Assembly (NCBI GenBank): GCA_963789265.1
Contig: CAWBKB010000003.1
Span: 768,001-832,000 of the forward strand
Source: an uncultured delta proteobacterium
GTDB lineage: Bacteria; Desulfobacterota; Desulfomonilia; Desulfomonilales; Desulfomonilaceae
Reading direction: 5' to 3'
Length of the DNA stretch: 64,000 nucleotides
The notes under the pieces were generated by a model. That model did no database searches. It was given only the letters and a program-made list of their open reading frames with translations, and was not told where the DNA came from. A program made the translations under genes and the position numbers. Shown piece after piece: positions 1 through 9,681 of the stretch (its first letter is position 1; the number at the start of each line of letters is the position of its first letter).

Positions 1-1
1 A

Positions 2-412
2 CCCATCGCGTGGGCGCTTCACGGTCTGGGGACGCGTTCGGCCATGGTGGTGCACGGTATGGAAGGACTTGACGAAATATCTCTTTCGAGCCCGACGAAG
101 ATCTCGCGGCTCAAGGATGAAAACGTGATCACAACCCAATTCGAGCCGAGTGAGGTCGGGCTTTCTGCGTGCAGCCTTGACAAGATCAAAGGCGGCAGCT
201 CCGCGGAGAATGCTCGACACCTGCTGGACGTGCTTGAAGGGAAATCCGGCCCTCGGCGAGATGTGGCGCTGATAAACGCGGCGGCAGCTCTTGTCGTGGC
301 AGAAGTCGCAGACGATTTGAAAGAAGGTCTCCAGGTTGCTACCGAGGCTGTCGATTCCGGCAAGGCACGGCAGAAGCTGGACGAGTTTCTGCAATTCAGA
401 GTAACACAATGA
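2..412 (+). CDS. trpD: Anthranilate phosphoribosyltransferase, C-terminal part (5' truncated by window)
   Basis: Frame open from base 2; VVHG.EGLDEIS and NAAAAL...G...A.EAVDSGKA motifs; directly precedes trpC. Confidence 0.95.
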   Translation, partial: PIAWALHGLGTRSAMVVHGMEGLDEISLSSPTKISRLKDENVITTQFEPSEVGLSACSLDKIKGGSSAENARHLLDVLEGKSGPRRDVALINAAAALVVAEVADDLKEGLQVATEAVDSGKARQKLDEFLQFRVTQ

Positions 413-1194
413 CAGCCATACTTCGCAAAATTGCCGGGCTGCGCCTCAATCGCCTGGCCCAAGAAATGCGAGCAGTGAGTCGGGAAACCCTTGAACAAAG
501 GGCTTCCGATGGACAGCCCGCGCAGAACTTCGCGGAGGTGTTTGCTCAACCGGGCATACACGTAATTGCGGAAATTAAGAAGGCCTCTCCATCCCGCGGC
601 GTACTCAAGAATAACCTGGATTCCGAACAGCTCGCCGGAACTTACGCGCAAGGGGGTGCTTCGGCCATCTCGGTTCTTACTGAAGCCGATCATTTTTTGG
701 GCAGCTTATCCGCATTGACGCTGGTAAAGAATGCCACCTCGTTGCCGGTCCTCCGCAAGGATTTCATACTCGATCCTTATCAGGTAGTAGAGACGCGATC
801 CGCAGGTGCCGATTCCTTTCTTCTCATCGCCGCGCTTCTTGATGCGAGTTCCCTTAGATTTTTAGTGAAAGAGGGGCGCAAATGGGGAATGGAGCCATTA
901 GTTGAAGTTCATGATGCCGGTGAGCTGAAGATGGCCCTCAAAGCTGAAGCCGTAGTGATCGGGGTCAACAATCGCGATCTGAACACATTCCTGGTCGATG
1001 TGAGCACTTCCCTGAAATTGATTGAGCAAATTCCTGCCGAATGCATTGCTATTTCCGAAAGCGGCATCAAGTCGCGCGACCAGGTCGTCCGGCTTTCGGA
1101 GGCAGGCTTTCGAGGGTTTCTCATAGGCGAGAGCCTTGTAACCTCAGCCGACCCTGTCGCGAAACTTAGAGGCTTTTTGTATGACACCCCCTGA
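409..1194 (+). CDS. trpC: Indole-3-glycerol phosphate synthase
   Basis: IAEIKKASPSRG, ISVLTE, LRKDFI, GVNNRDL, SESGI motifs; ATGA overlap with trpD. Confidence 0.97.
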   Translation: MTAILRKIAGLRLNRLAQEMRAVSRETLEQRASDGQPAQNFAEVFAQPGIHVIAEIKKASPSRGVLKNNLDSEQLAGTYAQGGASAISVLTEADHFLGSLSALTLVKNATSLPVLRKDFILDPYQVVETRSAGADSFLLIAALLDASSLRFLVKEGRKWGMEPLVEVHDAGELKMALKAEAVVIGVNNRDLNTFLVDVSTSLKLIEQIPAECIAISESGIKSRDQVVRLSEAGFRGFLIGESLVTSADPVAKLRGFLYDTP

Positions 1195-1849
1195 TTATAC
1201 AGTTCGAGTCAAAATATGCGGCATCACGCGTCTCGCGGATGCTCACGCTGCAATAAACGCTGGGGCCCATGCGCTGGGCTTTGTATTTCATCCGCCCAGC
1301 AGGCGTTTCATAATCCCTGAGAAGGCCAAGGCCATAATCAGCGCCTTGCCGCCTTTCGTGTCGTTAATCGGGGTGTTCGTAAATCTGCCTGTTCCGGAAG
1401 TGCAAGCAATAGTCGATTTATGCGGCCTGCACGCGATTCAGCTTCACGGGAATGAGTCTGCCGAGGAATGCTCCGCGTATGACCGACCAGTCATCAAGGC
1501 GTTTCGATTTGATCCTCTTAAGCAACATCCGGCGTTATCGCGATACAAGGTCTCTGCGGTTCTCGTGGATGCAAGTGCAGCGGGCGAATGGGGAGGCACG
1601 GGAGTGCCCCTGGATTGGGAGCTGCTCAAGCAGCATTTGGCAAGTGAACCTGAAGCCGTGCGCCGGAGACTCGTGTTGGCCGGAGGCCTCACGACACGTA
1701 ATGTAGAAAGGGCCGTTAACCTAGTCGAACCGTATGCCGTCGATGTGTCCACTGGAGTGGAAATCGAGCCTGGAATTAAAGATCCCCAGAAAATCAAGGA
1801 GTTCATGAATGCAGTGCGCAACAGACGAAATGCACACCACGTGGCCTGA
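1181..1849 (+). CDS. trpF: Phosphoribosylanthranilate isomerase
   Basis: [31 protein letters not shown] motifs. Confidence 0.96.
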   Translation: MTPPDYTVRVKICGITRLADAHAAINAGAHALGFVFHPPSRRFIIPEKAKAIISALPPFVSLIGVFVNLPVPEVQAIVDLCGLHAIQLHGNESAEECSAYDRPVIKAFRFDPLKQHPALSRYKVSAVLVDASAAGEWGGTGVPLDWELLKQHLASEPEAVRRRLVLAGGLTTRNVERAVNLVEPYAVDVSTGVEIEPGIKDPQKIKEFMNAVRNRRNAHHVA

Positions 1850-3023
1850 TCGGTACGGGTACTTCGGGGAATTCGGCGGGCGCTTCGTGCCCGAAACCCT
1901 TGTTACCCCTTTGTTGGAACTGGAAGAAGCGTTTTTCGCCAGCAGACAATCCGATGACTTTGCCCGGAAACTGGACAGTCTGTTGCGAGACTACGCGGGC
2001 AGGGAAACCCCCCTCTTCTTTGCCTCGCAATTTTCCGAGACTGTCGGCGGCGCGAAGCTCTACCTGAAGAGAGAGGACCTCCTTCATACCGGAGCACACA
2101 AGATAAACAATACTCTGGGACAAGCGCTACTGGCCAAATACATGGGCAAACCCAAGGTCATCGCTGAGACCGGGGCGGGACAACACGGGGTGGCAACTGC
2201 CGCAGTCGCTGCCCTTTTGGGGCTTGAATGCCGGGTATTCATGGGTGAAGAGGACATGCGGCGACAAGCCCCGAATGTGTTCCGCATGAAGCTTATGGGC
2301 ACCGAAGTAGTCCCCGTGAAAGCGGGCACAGCCACTCTCAAGGATGCCATGGGTGAAGCCATGAGATACTGGGCCGCGCACGTGCATGACACCTTTTACG
2401 TGATCGGTTCCGTGGCCGGGCCGCATCCGTACCCCCTCATGGTCAGGGAATTTCAATCCGTGATCGGCCGTGAAACTCGGCGACAAATTTTGGAAGTCGA
2501 GGGAAAACTCCCCAAGAAGGTAATAGCCTGCGTGGGGGGCGGCAGCAACGCCGCGGGTATTTTCCACGGATTTCTCAAAGATGAAGAGGTAGAACTGATA
2601 GGTGTTGAAGCCGGTGGGCTCGGGATTGATTCCGGAAAACATGGAGCCACTTTATGTGCGGGCCGGGAAGGTGTGTTTCATGGGTCCCGCTCCTTTGTGC
2701 TTCAGGATGAAGAGGGCCAGGTGAGGGAGGCCCACTCGATCTCCGCGGGACTGGACTACCCGGGGGTAGGTCCGGAGCACGCGCTTTTACATATTACCGA
2801 GCGAGTCAGATACGCTTTCATAACGGATGACGAGGCTCTCGAAGCGTTTTCTAGGCTTTGCCGCACAGAAGGCATAATCCCCGCACTCGAGTCCTCACAT
2901 GCCCTGGCATGGGCAATCAAGGAGCTTCCTCAGCTCGGCAAAGACGACATTTGTATTGTCAACCTTTCGGGACGAGGCGACAAGGACATGCCCATAATCG
3001 AAAACGCACTTATGGAGAGCTGA
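1830..3023 (+). CDS. trpB: Tryptophan synthase beta chain
   Basis: [28 protein letters not shown] (PLP Lys), [20 protein letters not shown]; start 1830 chosen, 1809 possible. Confidence 0.97.
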   Translation: MHTTWPDRYGYFGEFGGRFVPETLVTPLLELEEAFFASRQSDDFARKLDSLLRDYAGRETPLFFASQFSETVGGAKLYLKREDLLHTGAHKINNTLGQALLAKYMGKPKVIAETGAGQHGVATAAVAALLGLECRVFMGEEDMRRQAPNVFRMKLMGTEVVPVKAGTATLKDAMGEAMRYWAAHVHDTFYVIGSVAGPHPYPLMVREFQSVIGRETRRQILEVEGKLPKKVIACVGGGSNAAGIFHGFLKDEEVELIGVEAGGLGIDSGKHGATLCAGREGVFHGSRSFVLQDEEGQVREAHSISAGLDYPGVGPEHALLHITERVRYAFITDDEALEAFSRLCRTEGIIPALESSHALAWAIKELPQLGKDDICIVNLSGRGDKDMPIIENALMES

Positions 3024-3026
3024 AAT

Positions 3027-3824
3027 ATGGAACGAATTTCGCAAAAGTTTAAATCATTACAGGAAAATGGTGACACGGCCTTCATCCCTTTCTCAGTTGC
3101 CGGATATCCCAATATTGAGAAATCCTTGGAGATTTTCTTGGCACTTGCCGAAGGTGACGTGCTGGAATTTGGCTTCCCGTTCTCGGATCCCGTGGCGGAT
3201 GGTCCTGTTATACAGAATGCTGCAACCGAGGCAATCCGAAGCGGAATAACCATGGATAAGGCTTTGGATATGGTAGGAGAGATTCGTAGCCGAAGCGACA
3301 TCCCAATAATCTTCTTCAGCTACTTCAATCCTATTCATAATTATGGGCCTCAAAGATTTGTGGACCGGGCAAAAGAATGTGGCATCAACGGCGTGCTCGT
3401 GGTCGATCTTCCTCTGGATGAGGTCCGCTGGCTGAAGCCGATCACGGACAAGTTCGGCCTCGCCTGGATTTACTTGGCGACACCTACGACTCCTGATTTC
3501 CGAATCAAGAAGATGGACGAAGACGGTGCCGGATTCCTCTACTACGTGTCCATTGCGGGGGTGACAGGGGCTAGAGGGTCGTTGCCGGAGGGTCTTGCAC
3601 AGAAATGCGATCACGTGAGGCAATTGTGCCGCTTGCCGGTGGCTGTGGGATTCGGCATTTCCAGCCCGGGGCAGGCTTCCGAATTGCGCTCGCACGTGGA
3701 CGGGGTTGTAGTGGGCAGTGAAATAATCTCTCGCGTTCAAAGGGGAGATTCGGTTGAAGATATCGGGAATTGGGTAAAAGAAATGAAGACAGCGCTGTCA
3801 CGGTCGGGCGGTGGGTCAGTTTGA
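3027..3824 (+). CDS. trpA: Tryptophan synthase alpha chain
   Basis: EFGFPFSDPVADGPVIQ, YYVSIAGVTG, VGFGIS, DGVVVGS. Confidence 0.97.
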   Translation: MERISQKFKSLQENGDTAFIPFSVAGYPNIEKSLEIFLALAEGDVLEFGFPFSDPVADGPVIQNAATEAIRSGITMDKALDMVGEIRSRSDIPIIFFSYFNPIHNYGPQRFVDRAKECGINGVLVVDLPLDEVRWLKPITDKFGLAWIYLATPTTPDFRIKKMDEDGAGFLYYVSIAGVTGARGSLPEGLAQKCDHVRQLCRLPVAVGFGISSPGQASELRSHVDGVVVGSEIISRVQRGDSVEDIGNWVKEMKTALSRSGGGSV

Positions 3825-3854
3825 GAGTAGTACCAGTCACGTAGAAAGGAAGAG

Positions 3855-4170
3855 TGTCATTGCGAGGAGTGCAGTCCCCCGTTCCGCGGGAAAGCAATCT
3901 CGCGACCTCGGCAGTCTTTGACTGCACGAGATTGCTTCGTCCCGCGAGACGCGCATAGGCGTTAAGTTAACGCCCCGCGAAACGCGGGGTTCCCCCCCTT
4001 TCGTAAAGGGGGGCCAGGGGGGATTTTGGGATAACTATTTGAAAATCCCCCTAAATCCCCCTTTAGAAAAGGGGGACTTTGAACGCCCTCCGCCTGCATG
4101 GACCTCCTGAAAAGGAACGAAATTGCCTTAACTTAACGCGAATGGGCGAGACGCGGGACTCGCAATGACA
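3855..4170. repeat. GTCATTGCGAG...CTCGCAATGAC-type palindromic intergenic repeat, interrupted by a MITE
   Basis: Perfect 12-bp terminal IR tgtcattgcgag (3855)/ctcgcaatgaca (4159-4170); inner IR aagcaatctcg (3892)/cgagattgctt (3927); related copy at 32747-32994. Confidence 0.85.
3954..4145. mobile_element. MITE-like non-autonomous element (~190 bp) with TIRs and 10-bp target-site duplication
   Basis: TIRs cataggcgttaagttaa (3954-3970)/ttaacttaacgcgaatg (4128-4144), 15/17 match; flanked by direct repeat gcgagacgcg (3944-3953, 4146-4155). Confidence 0.8.
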
Positions 4171-4267
4171 TGCCCGACAAGAACCATTTTCACGCACATG
4201 ACTGACCGGATACATTTGAGATCACTTTGTTCCTTACTTTTGCGTCGATTCCGGCCCGGATTATGAT

Positions 4268-7200
4268 ATGAACAAGGGCATGTCGATCCAAGATGCCCTT
4301 GCGACATTTGCCGAGACTGTCCGCGCCAAAATGTCGACGTTGACGCTAGGTGAGCCCGAAGACCAGTTGTGCGGTCCTTTCGAGAACTTCATGGGTGATG
4401 TGGCCCGAACGATTGGTTGGAACGTGGTCTGCACAGGCGAATCTCGGCTGCCGGACACTCTTGGGAAGCCGGACTACGCATTCCATGTCAACGGTCTACT
4501 TGCAGGCTACATCGAACTGAAGGCCCCGGGCTTGGGTGCGGACCCGCACCGCTTCACAGGCCACAACCGTGAACAGTGGAAACGCTTTCAGTTCATTCCG
4601 AATTTAATCTACTGCGATGGCAACGCCTGGGGGCTCTATCGCGACGGCAAACTGATCGACAAGATAGTTCGCCTCTCAGGCGATCTCGTCGCTCACGGCA
4701 AAAAGGCAGTCAGCCCAGACGACGCGCATCATGTCGAGCGGTTGCTAAGAGATTTTCTTTCCTGGCAGCCCATTATCCCGACTGACCGCAAGGGCAAGGT
4801 CGATCTTAAGAGATTCGCAGAACTGCTCGCGCCGCTATGCCGGATGATGCGCGATGACGTGACCGACGCTCTGCGTGACACGAACTCCCCGCTCGTCCAA
4901 CTTGCGAAAGACTGGCGGCAACTCCTTTTCCCGGAGGCCTCTGATAGACAATTCGCCGATGCGTACGCCCAGACGGTGGCATTTGCCCTACTCCTTGGTC
5001 GCAGCGAAGGTGCAGATCCTCTAACTCTCGAAAATGCCGAAAAGGGTTTGGCCATTCAGCACGGGCTCCTTTCTCGTGCCCTCCAGGTGCTGACCGATCC
5101 CGCCGCGCGGGCCGAAATGGCCGCATCGCTGGACCTGCTCCTGCGCGTCATGGCCGTTGTCCCGCCTGCCACGCTGAGCGGCCCCGAGCACCCCTGGCTT
5201 TACTTCTACGAAGACTTCCTCGCTGCTTACGATCCCAAGTTGCGCAAGGATGCCGGTGCGTACTACACGCCTGTTGAAGTCGTGCGCGCTCAAGTCCGCC
5301 TCATCGACGACCTTCTTGTGAACCGTCTGGGCAAGCCTCTCGGTTTCGCGGATCCTGACGTTGTCACACTCGATCCTGCCGCAGGCACGGGCACCTATCT
5401 ACTCGGCGTCATCGAGCACACCCTGGGCAGAGTCGAAGCTGAACAGGGAGCCGGCGCCGTGCCGGGGCAGGCTTCCGCGCTCGCGGCCAACTTGTATGGC
5501 TTCGAACTCATGGTGGGGCCTTTCGCGGTAGCTGAACTGCGCGTAAGCCGAGCGCTACGAGACCGCGGCGCGATCTTGCCGGCAGGCGGCTCCCACATCT
5601 ACCTGACCGATACGCTTGAGAGCCCTTACTCCGAGTTGCCGCAGCTCCCGCTGTTCCTGTGGCCCATTGCCGAGCAGCACGCCAGGGCACTCAAGGTCAA
5701 GAGCGATGTCCCTGTTATAGTTTGCCTCGGGAATCCGCCATACGATCGGCACGAAGCCGCCAACCACAATAACAAGGCTCGCACAGGCGGCTGGGCCCGC
5801 TGGGGCGATGACAGCAAAGGCAAGGATGCCATTTTCCGCAGCTTTCTCGATCCCGTACTCGCCGCCGGGCACACGGTACATGCCAAGAATTTGTATAATC
5901 TCTATGTCTATTTTTGGCGTTGGGCGTTATGGAAGGTCTTCGAGCATGACACCTCACGCGGTCCGGGCATTGTCAGTTTCATCAGCGCCTCCAGTTACCT
6001 TGACGGAGATGCGTTCTGCGGCATGCGTGAGCACATGCGCCGGCTCTGTGACGAAATTTGGATCCTTGACCTTGGCGGCGAGGGGCGCGGCACAAGGAAG
6101 AGCGATAATGTTTTTTCCATACAGACGCCGGTTGCTATAGCCGTAGCCGTCCGCGCTGGTAAGGCGAAGGCAAAAAAACCGGCAAGCGTCCACTACGCTC
6201 GCATCGAAGGCATGCGCGACAGGAAGCTCGCATCAATAGATAATATTACTGACTTCACTAGCGTGACTTGGCGAGAATGCCCGAAGAAATGGCAGGCTCC
6301 CTTCCTCCCGCCAGGGGAAGGTCGATTCTTCGCTTGGCCGCTTTTCACCGACTTAATGCCCTGGCAACATTCGGGGATTGAATGCAAGCGAACATGGCCA
6401 ATTGCCCCTGATGCCAACACGCTGCGCGAGCGCTGGCGAAGGCTCCTAGACGCAAAAGACCGGGCAACGGCATTCCACGAGACCAGCGATAGATTGGTTG
6501 GAGGAAGCTACTCCGTGCGGTTAAGTCCTGCCGGATCTGCTATGCCTATCGCGCTGCTTCCCAAGAATGCTCCTGTCCCGCCAATTCGACCTTGCGGCTT
6601 TCGCTCTTTCGACAGGCAGCATATTCTCGCCGACACGCGACTGATTTCTCGTCCTCGTCCCGATCTTTGGAGAGCTGACGGGTCACACCAGCTCTATCTG
6701 ACAAGTCTCTTCAATCATCCTTTAGGCTTCGGCCCGGCTCTTACTTCCAGTGCGCATATCCCGGATCGTCATCACCTGAGAGGCTCCTACGGCGGCAAAG
6801 ATGTTCTTCCGCTCTATCGTGACCGCGAAGCTAAGCACCCCAACGTGGCCCCTGGCTTGCTTCAATTGATGGAAAACCACTACGGTAGCCCAGTTTCTGC
6901 AGAGGATTTCATAGCGTACATTTACGGTATTCTGGCTCAACCTGCTTTCACGGCACGATATGCGAAGGAACTGGAGACCCGCCAAGTTCGAGTGCCGATC
7001 ACAAAAAATGTTGATCTGTTTGTAAAAGTTCGCGATATCGGGGCACATTTGCTTTGGCTGCACACGTACGGCGAACGCTTCGTCCCGGAAGGCAAGCAGC
7101 GCAGCCAGATCCCGCACGATCAGGCGAGATGCATTAAGGCCGTTCCAGGCGATCCGGACCATTACCCCGATTCATTCGAATACAGTCAGGGGACGCAAAC

Positions 7201-7564
7201 TCTTCACGTGGGAAGCGGCGAGTTCCAGCCCGTTGGAGCCGAAGTCTTCGAGTTCGAAGTCTCAGGCCTGAAGGTGGTTCAATCCTGGCTCAAATACCGC
7301 ATGAAGAAGGGCGCGGGGAAAAAATCATCGCCCCTCGACGACATCCGCCCTGAGCGTTGGACCGGCCGATTCACTACGGAATTACTCGAACTGCTCTGGG
7401 TAATGGAGGCGACCGTCAAAGGCTATCCTGAACAGGCACGACTGCTTGATGCCGTCGTTTCCGGCTCCTGTATTCGCGCTGCTGAGCTTTCCTCCGTTCC
7501 TGATGAGGCCCGTAAACCGCTCGCCTCTCCGATGTCAGAGAGCAGCCTGTTCGAGGACCTGTGA
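4268..7564 (+). CDS. Single-chain restriction-modification enzyme (PD-(D/E)xK nuclease + N6-adenine MTase + type ISP-like C-terminal specificity domain; no helicase, so Type IIG/IIL-like)
   Basis: KPDY...YIELK nuclease motif; GAYYTP, LDPAAGTGTY (SAM binding), GNPPY (catalytic); C-terminal FRSFDRQ and VVQSWLKYR segments resembling the ISP-type specificity domain. Confidence 0.88.
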   Translation: MNKGMSIQDALATFAETVRAKMSTLTLGEPEDQLCGPFENFMGDVARTIGWNVVCTGESRLPDTLGKPDYAFHVNGLLAGYIELKAPGLGADPHRFTGHNREQWKRFQFIPNLIYCDGNAWGLYRDGKLIDKIVRLSGDLVAHGKKAVSPDDAHHVERLLRDFLSWQPIIPTDRKGKVDLKRFAELLAPLCRMMRDDVTDALRDTNSPLVQLAKDWRQLLFPEASDRQFADAYAQTVAFALLLGRSEGADPLTLENAEKGLAIQHGLLSRALQVLTDPAARAEMAASLDLLLRVMAVVPPATLSGPEHPWLYFYEDFLAAYDPKLRKDAGAYYTPVEVVRAQVRLIDDLLVNRLGKPLGFADPDVVTLDPAAGTGTYLLGVIEHTLGRVEAEQGAGAVPGQASALAANLYGFELMVGPFAVAELRVSRALRDRGAILPAGGSHIYLTDTLESPYSELPQLPLFLWPIAEQHARALKVKSDVPVIVCLGNPPYDRHEAANHNNKARTGGWARWGDDSKGKDAIFRSFLDPVLAAGHTVHAKNLYNLYVYFWRWALWKVFEHDTSRGPGIVSFISASSYLDGDAFCGMREHMRRLCDEIWILDLGGEGRGTRKSDNVFSIQTPVAIAVAVRAGKAKAKKPASVHYARIEGMRDRKLASIDNITDFTSVTWRECPKKWQAPFLPPGEGRFFAWPLFTDLMPWQHSGIECKRTWPIAPDANTLRERWRRLLDAKDRATAFHETSDRLVGGSYSVRLSPAGSAMPIALLPKNAPVPPIRPCGFRSFDRQHILADTRLISRPRPDLWRADGSHQLYLTSLFNHPLGFGPALTSSAHIPDRHHLRGSYGGKDVLPLYRDREAKHPNVAPGLLQLMENHYGSPVSAEDFIAYIYGILAQPAFTARYAKELETRQVRVPITKNVDLFVKVRDIGAHLLWLHTYGERFVPEGKQRSQIPHDQARCIKAVPGDPDHYPDSFEYSQGTQTLHVGSGEFQPVGAEVFEFEVSGLKVVQSWLKYRMKKGAGKKSSPLDDIRPERWTGRFTTELLELLWVMEATVKGYPEQARLLDAVVSGSCIRAAELSSVPDEARKPLASPMSESSLFEDL

Positions 7565-7767
7565 TTCGCGGTCAATTGCGCGGTGCATTTGCCGTTCGGC
7601 TGCGCTTGCAACCTCACCAATACCTTATCGGTAAACACCGAACTGTGGCCCTTCTTGGCGGGGGGAAAAACGAATACTCTCAGAAGCGCGACGCTAATGG
7701 CAACGCATAGAACTATCACTATGATCAACGTGGTAACAATTTTTTGTAATCTAGGTCGCATAACCAT
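7423..7767 (-). CDS. Hypothetical small membrane-anchored protein (3' end uncertain, overlaps RM gene)
   Basis: AGGAG upstream; N-terminal hydrophobic helix IVTTLIIVIVLCVAISVALLRVFVF. Confidence 0.4.
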   Translation of the reverse strand: MVMRPRLQKIVTTLIIVIVLCVAISVALLRVFVFPPAKKGHSSVFTDKVLVRLQAQPNGKCTAQLTANHRSSNRLLSDIGEASGLRASSGTEESSAARIQEPETTASSSRACSG

Positions 7768-7905
7768 CTCCTACTGTTCCGGTACGAGGTTTTAGTATAA
7801 GCAATTGATATTTAGCAGCATGTTGTCCCAGCGATGGACGAAAAACATTTTCGTCTCACATCATTGAGCTCAAAGGTACTCACCTCAGGCGTGCTTTCCC
7901 GAGTG

Positions 7906-8523
7906 TCACGTTTCTGCTTGCGCCGTGGAGCCGCCAACGCGTCCTGCAACTATAATCCTGCGATATAGGTATGCCGCGCACGCAGCAACCAAGAGAATCA
8001 CCCACAGGACCTGCATGGAGTGCAACTTTAGATCGTCTCCCGTCTCCAGGCTATGAACGAACACAAGCAGTATAATGATAGGGGCCAGCAAGTAATGTGT
8101 TTGGTGCCATTGGCTGAACGTGAGCCCGAGTTCCTTCCAATACACGCTTAGTAGCGTGAGAATAATTAGCAGCACAAGACCTGTTCTACCTACCCAGATG
8201 TACCAAGGCTGCGTGAAAGCGAGGACCTGCCCGCCTCCAAATTCCATCAATATCGGGTGGGATGCCATCATAACGGTAACGAAGATGCCGATGGATTTAT
8301 GAAAGCGGGTAATCGCGGCCCTCCCAAAGTAGCTTTCGATCCATTTAATCCTCGCGGTAAGCACCGGCTGCATGGCCAAAATGACAAAGCCGGCCAGGCC
8401 GAAACTTCTGGCTATTTCGTAAATCAGGAGGTTAGGACTATGAAGACGTAGCACTGTTAACAGTAGCAAAGGGCTTATAACAACTAATACGTACAGAGTT
8501 ACCAGAACTGTACCGCAAAACAT
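7906..8523 (-). CDS. Ferric reductase-like transmembrane (di-heme cytochrome b) protein, stand-alone
   Basis: About 6 TM helices; MQPVLTAR, two His pairs (RFHK...SHP; THY...VHS); GGGGAGG RBS. Confidence 0.8.
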   Translation of the reverse strand: MFCGTVLVTLYVLVVISPLLLLTVLRLHSPNLLIYEIARSFGLAGFVILAMQPVLTARIKWIESYFGRAAITRFHKSIGIFVTVMMASHPILMEFGGGQVLAFTQPWYIWVGRTGLVLLIILTLLSVYWKELGLTFSQWHQTHYLLAPIIILLVFVHSLETGDDLKLHSMQVLWVILLVAACAAYLYRRIIVAGRVGGSTAQAET

Positions 8524-8833
8524 GATTATTCCTCCCCTGAAGCTTGTGGTTCACATTAAAGCAAACTAATTGAATATTTCGATCCAATTTCCACTGTACT
8601 CCACCTACGGTCACTTCACGTCGCGATATATTTTTTCAGAGGATTCATCCATCCCCGAGCCCTTCATTGTCGTAGCAACAAAAAGTAATGCGCAATCAGG
8701 ACACATATTTCGGCGCAGGTATATATTGTGTATGATAATGGGCCTTCGAGTTCTTGTCAACGCGGAGGTGTTTTGGTAGGGGAGTGGGAGGAAACCCTTC
8801 ATCGAAAACAGCCTCCTCCCCACAGAACTTGGC

Positions 8834-9262
8834 TCAGGCTGATTTGCGGGCAGCCTCAGGCCATACGAGTTGGACTGCGTGAACCGGACACGCCTGTTCG
8901 CACAGGCCGCATCCCACACAGGCTTTTGGTTCGTACAGGCCTGCAATGGTCTCGTTGTCCATTTCTCCCATAGCAATCGCCTGGAAAGGGCAAACCGCGG
9001 CGCAAATTTCGCATCCGACGCAATCTTCACTCCAAATGTACGGTTTGGGCCATTGTGCTCGCTTGATTCTTTCGGGCTTGTTTCCCTGTGAATCTCTGAT
9101 TGCTCCGTAAGGGCAGCCTCTTCCGCAGACTCCACATTCAATACATCGGGTAGCATCGATGCTGTGTGGCTGTTTTTTTTCTCCGCCGGGGGCGCGGGTA
9201 GGGCAGGCCCTGGCGCACGTTTGACATCCTTTACATTCTTCCGCAATGATTCGGTAAGGCAT
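8834..9262 (-). CDS. Polyferredoxin, four [4Fe-4S] motifs
   Basis: Four CxxCxxCxxxCP motifs; AAGGAG RBS. Confidence 0.9.
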   Translation of the reverse strand: MPYRIIAEECKGCQTCARACPTRAPGGEKKQPHSIDATRCIECGVCGRGCPYGAIRDSQGNKPERIKRAQWPKPYIWSEDCVGCEICAAVCPFQAIAMGEMDNETIAGLYEPKACVGCGLCEQACPVHAVQLVWPEAARKSA

Positions 9263-9491
9263 CTAGATCACTCCTTCGCTCTATTAGACGATCCGAGAAT
9301 TGAGATTCATAGATAACCGGGCGTAATAGTTTCCAGAATACATCCTTCTTTTGAGAGTTGTCAACGCTCGAGCGAAGCAGTCGCCTTGGCGCGGGAATGT
9401 TAACCAACTGGTAACCGTTCGCGGATAAGGCGATACAACGGGTTAGCACAAGTTCCCTCTCAAATAAGTGAGAATCCGCAAATAGCAAACG

Positions 9492-9590
9492 GCACTGACC
9501 TGGCACCGTGACGGTGCTCAGGTCAGTGGCACCCAACATTCGTTTACAAAGGCGTGGGTGCCACGGATCAGGGCTTGGCCAGATCCGTGC
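9492..9590. repeat. Inverted REP-like doublet (GGGTGC-CAC...GTG-C hairpins)
   Basis: gcactgacctg...caggtcagtggcaccc (9492-9534) and gggtgccacggatc...gatccgtgc (9556-9590) have the same architecture in opposite orientations. Confidence 0.7.
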
Positions 9591-9652
9591 TGTATTTGTT
9601 GTTGGCATAAGGCTTAGCCGGCAGAAACGCCGAAAGTCGCTTCCGCGTGAAA

Positions 9653-9681
9653 CGGGGCATGAGGCCCAACCTCATGCCCCG
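9653..9681 (-). terminator. GC-rich hairpin, probable terminator downstream of the NifU-like gene
   Basis: Perfect 12-bp stem cggggcatgagg/cctcatgccccg; short T run on minus strand. Confidence 0.55.

Noticed and set aside
19..693. 224-aa minus-strand ORF
   Set aside because: Antisense to trpD/trpC.
3855..4170. CRISPR array
   Set aside because: Repeats are inverted and nested, not direct repeats with unique spacers; no cas genes in the window.
4200..7900. Prophage or integrative element around the RM gene
   Set aside because: No integrase, att-like direct repeats or phage genes seen.
8611..9246. 211-aa minus-strand ORF
   Set aside because: Alternative frame over the polyferredoxin, which has clear motifs and an RBS.
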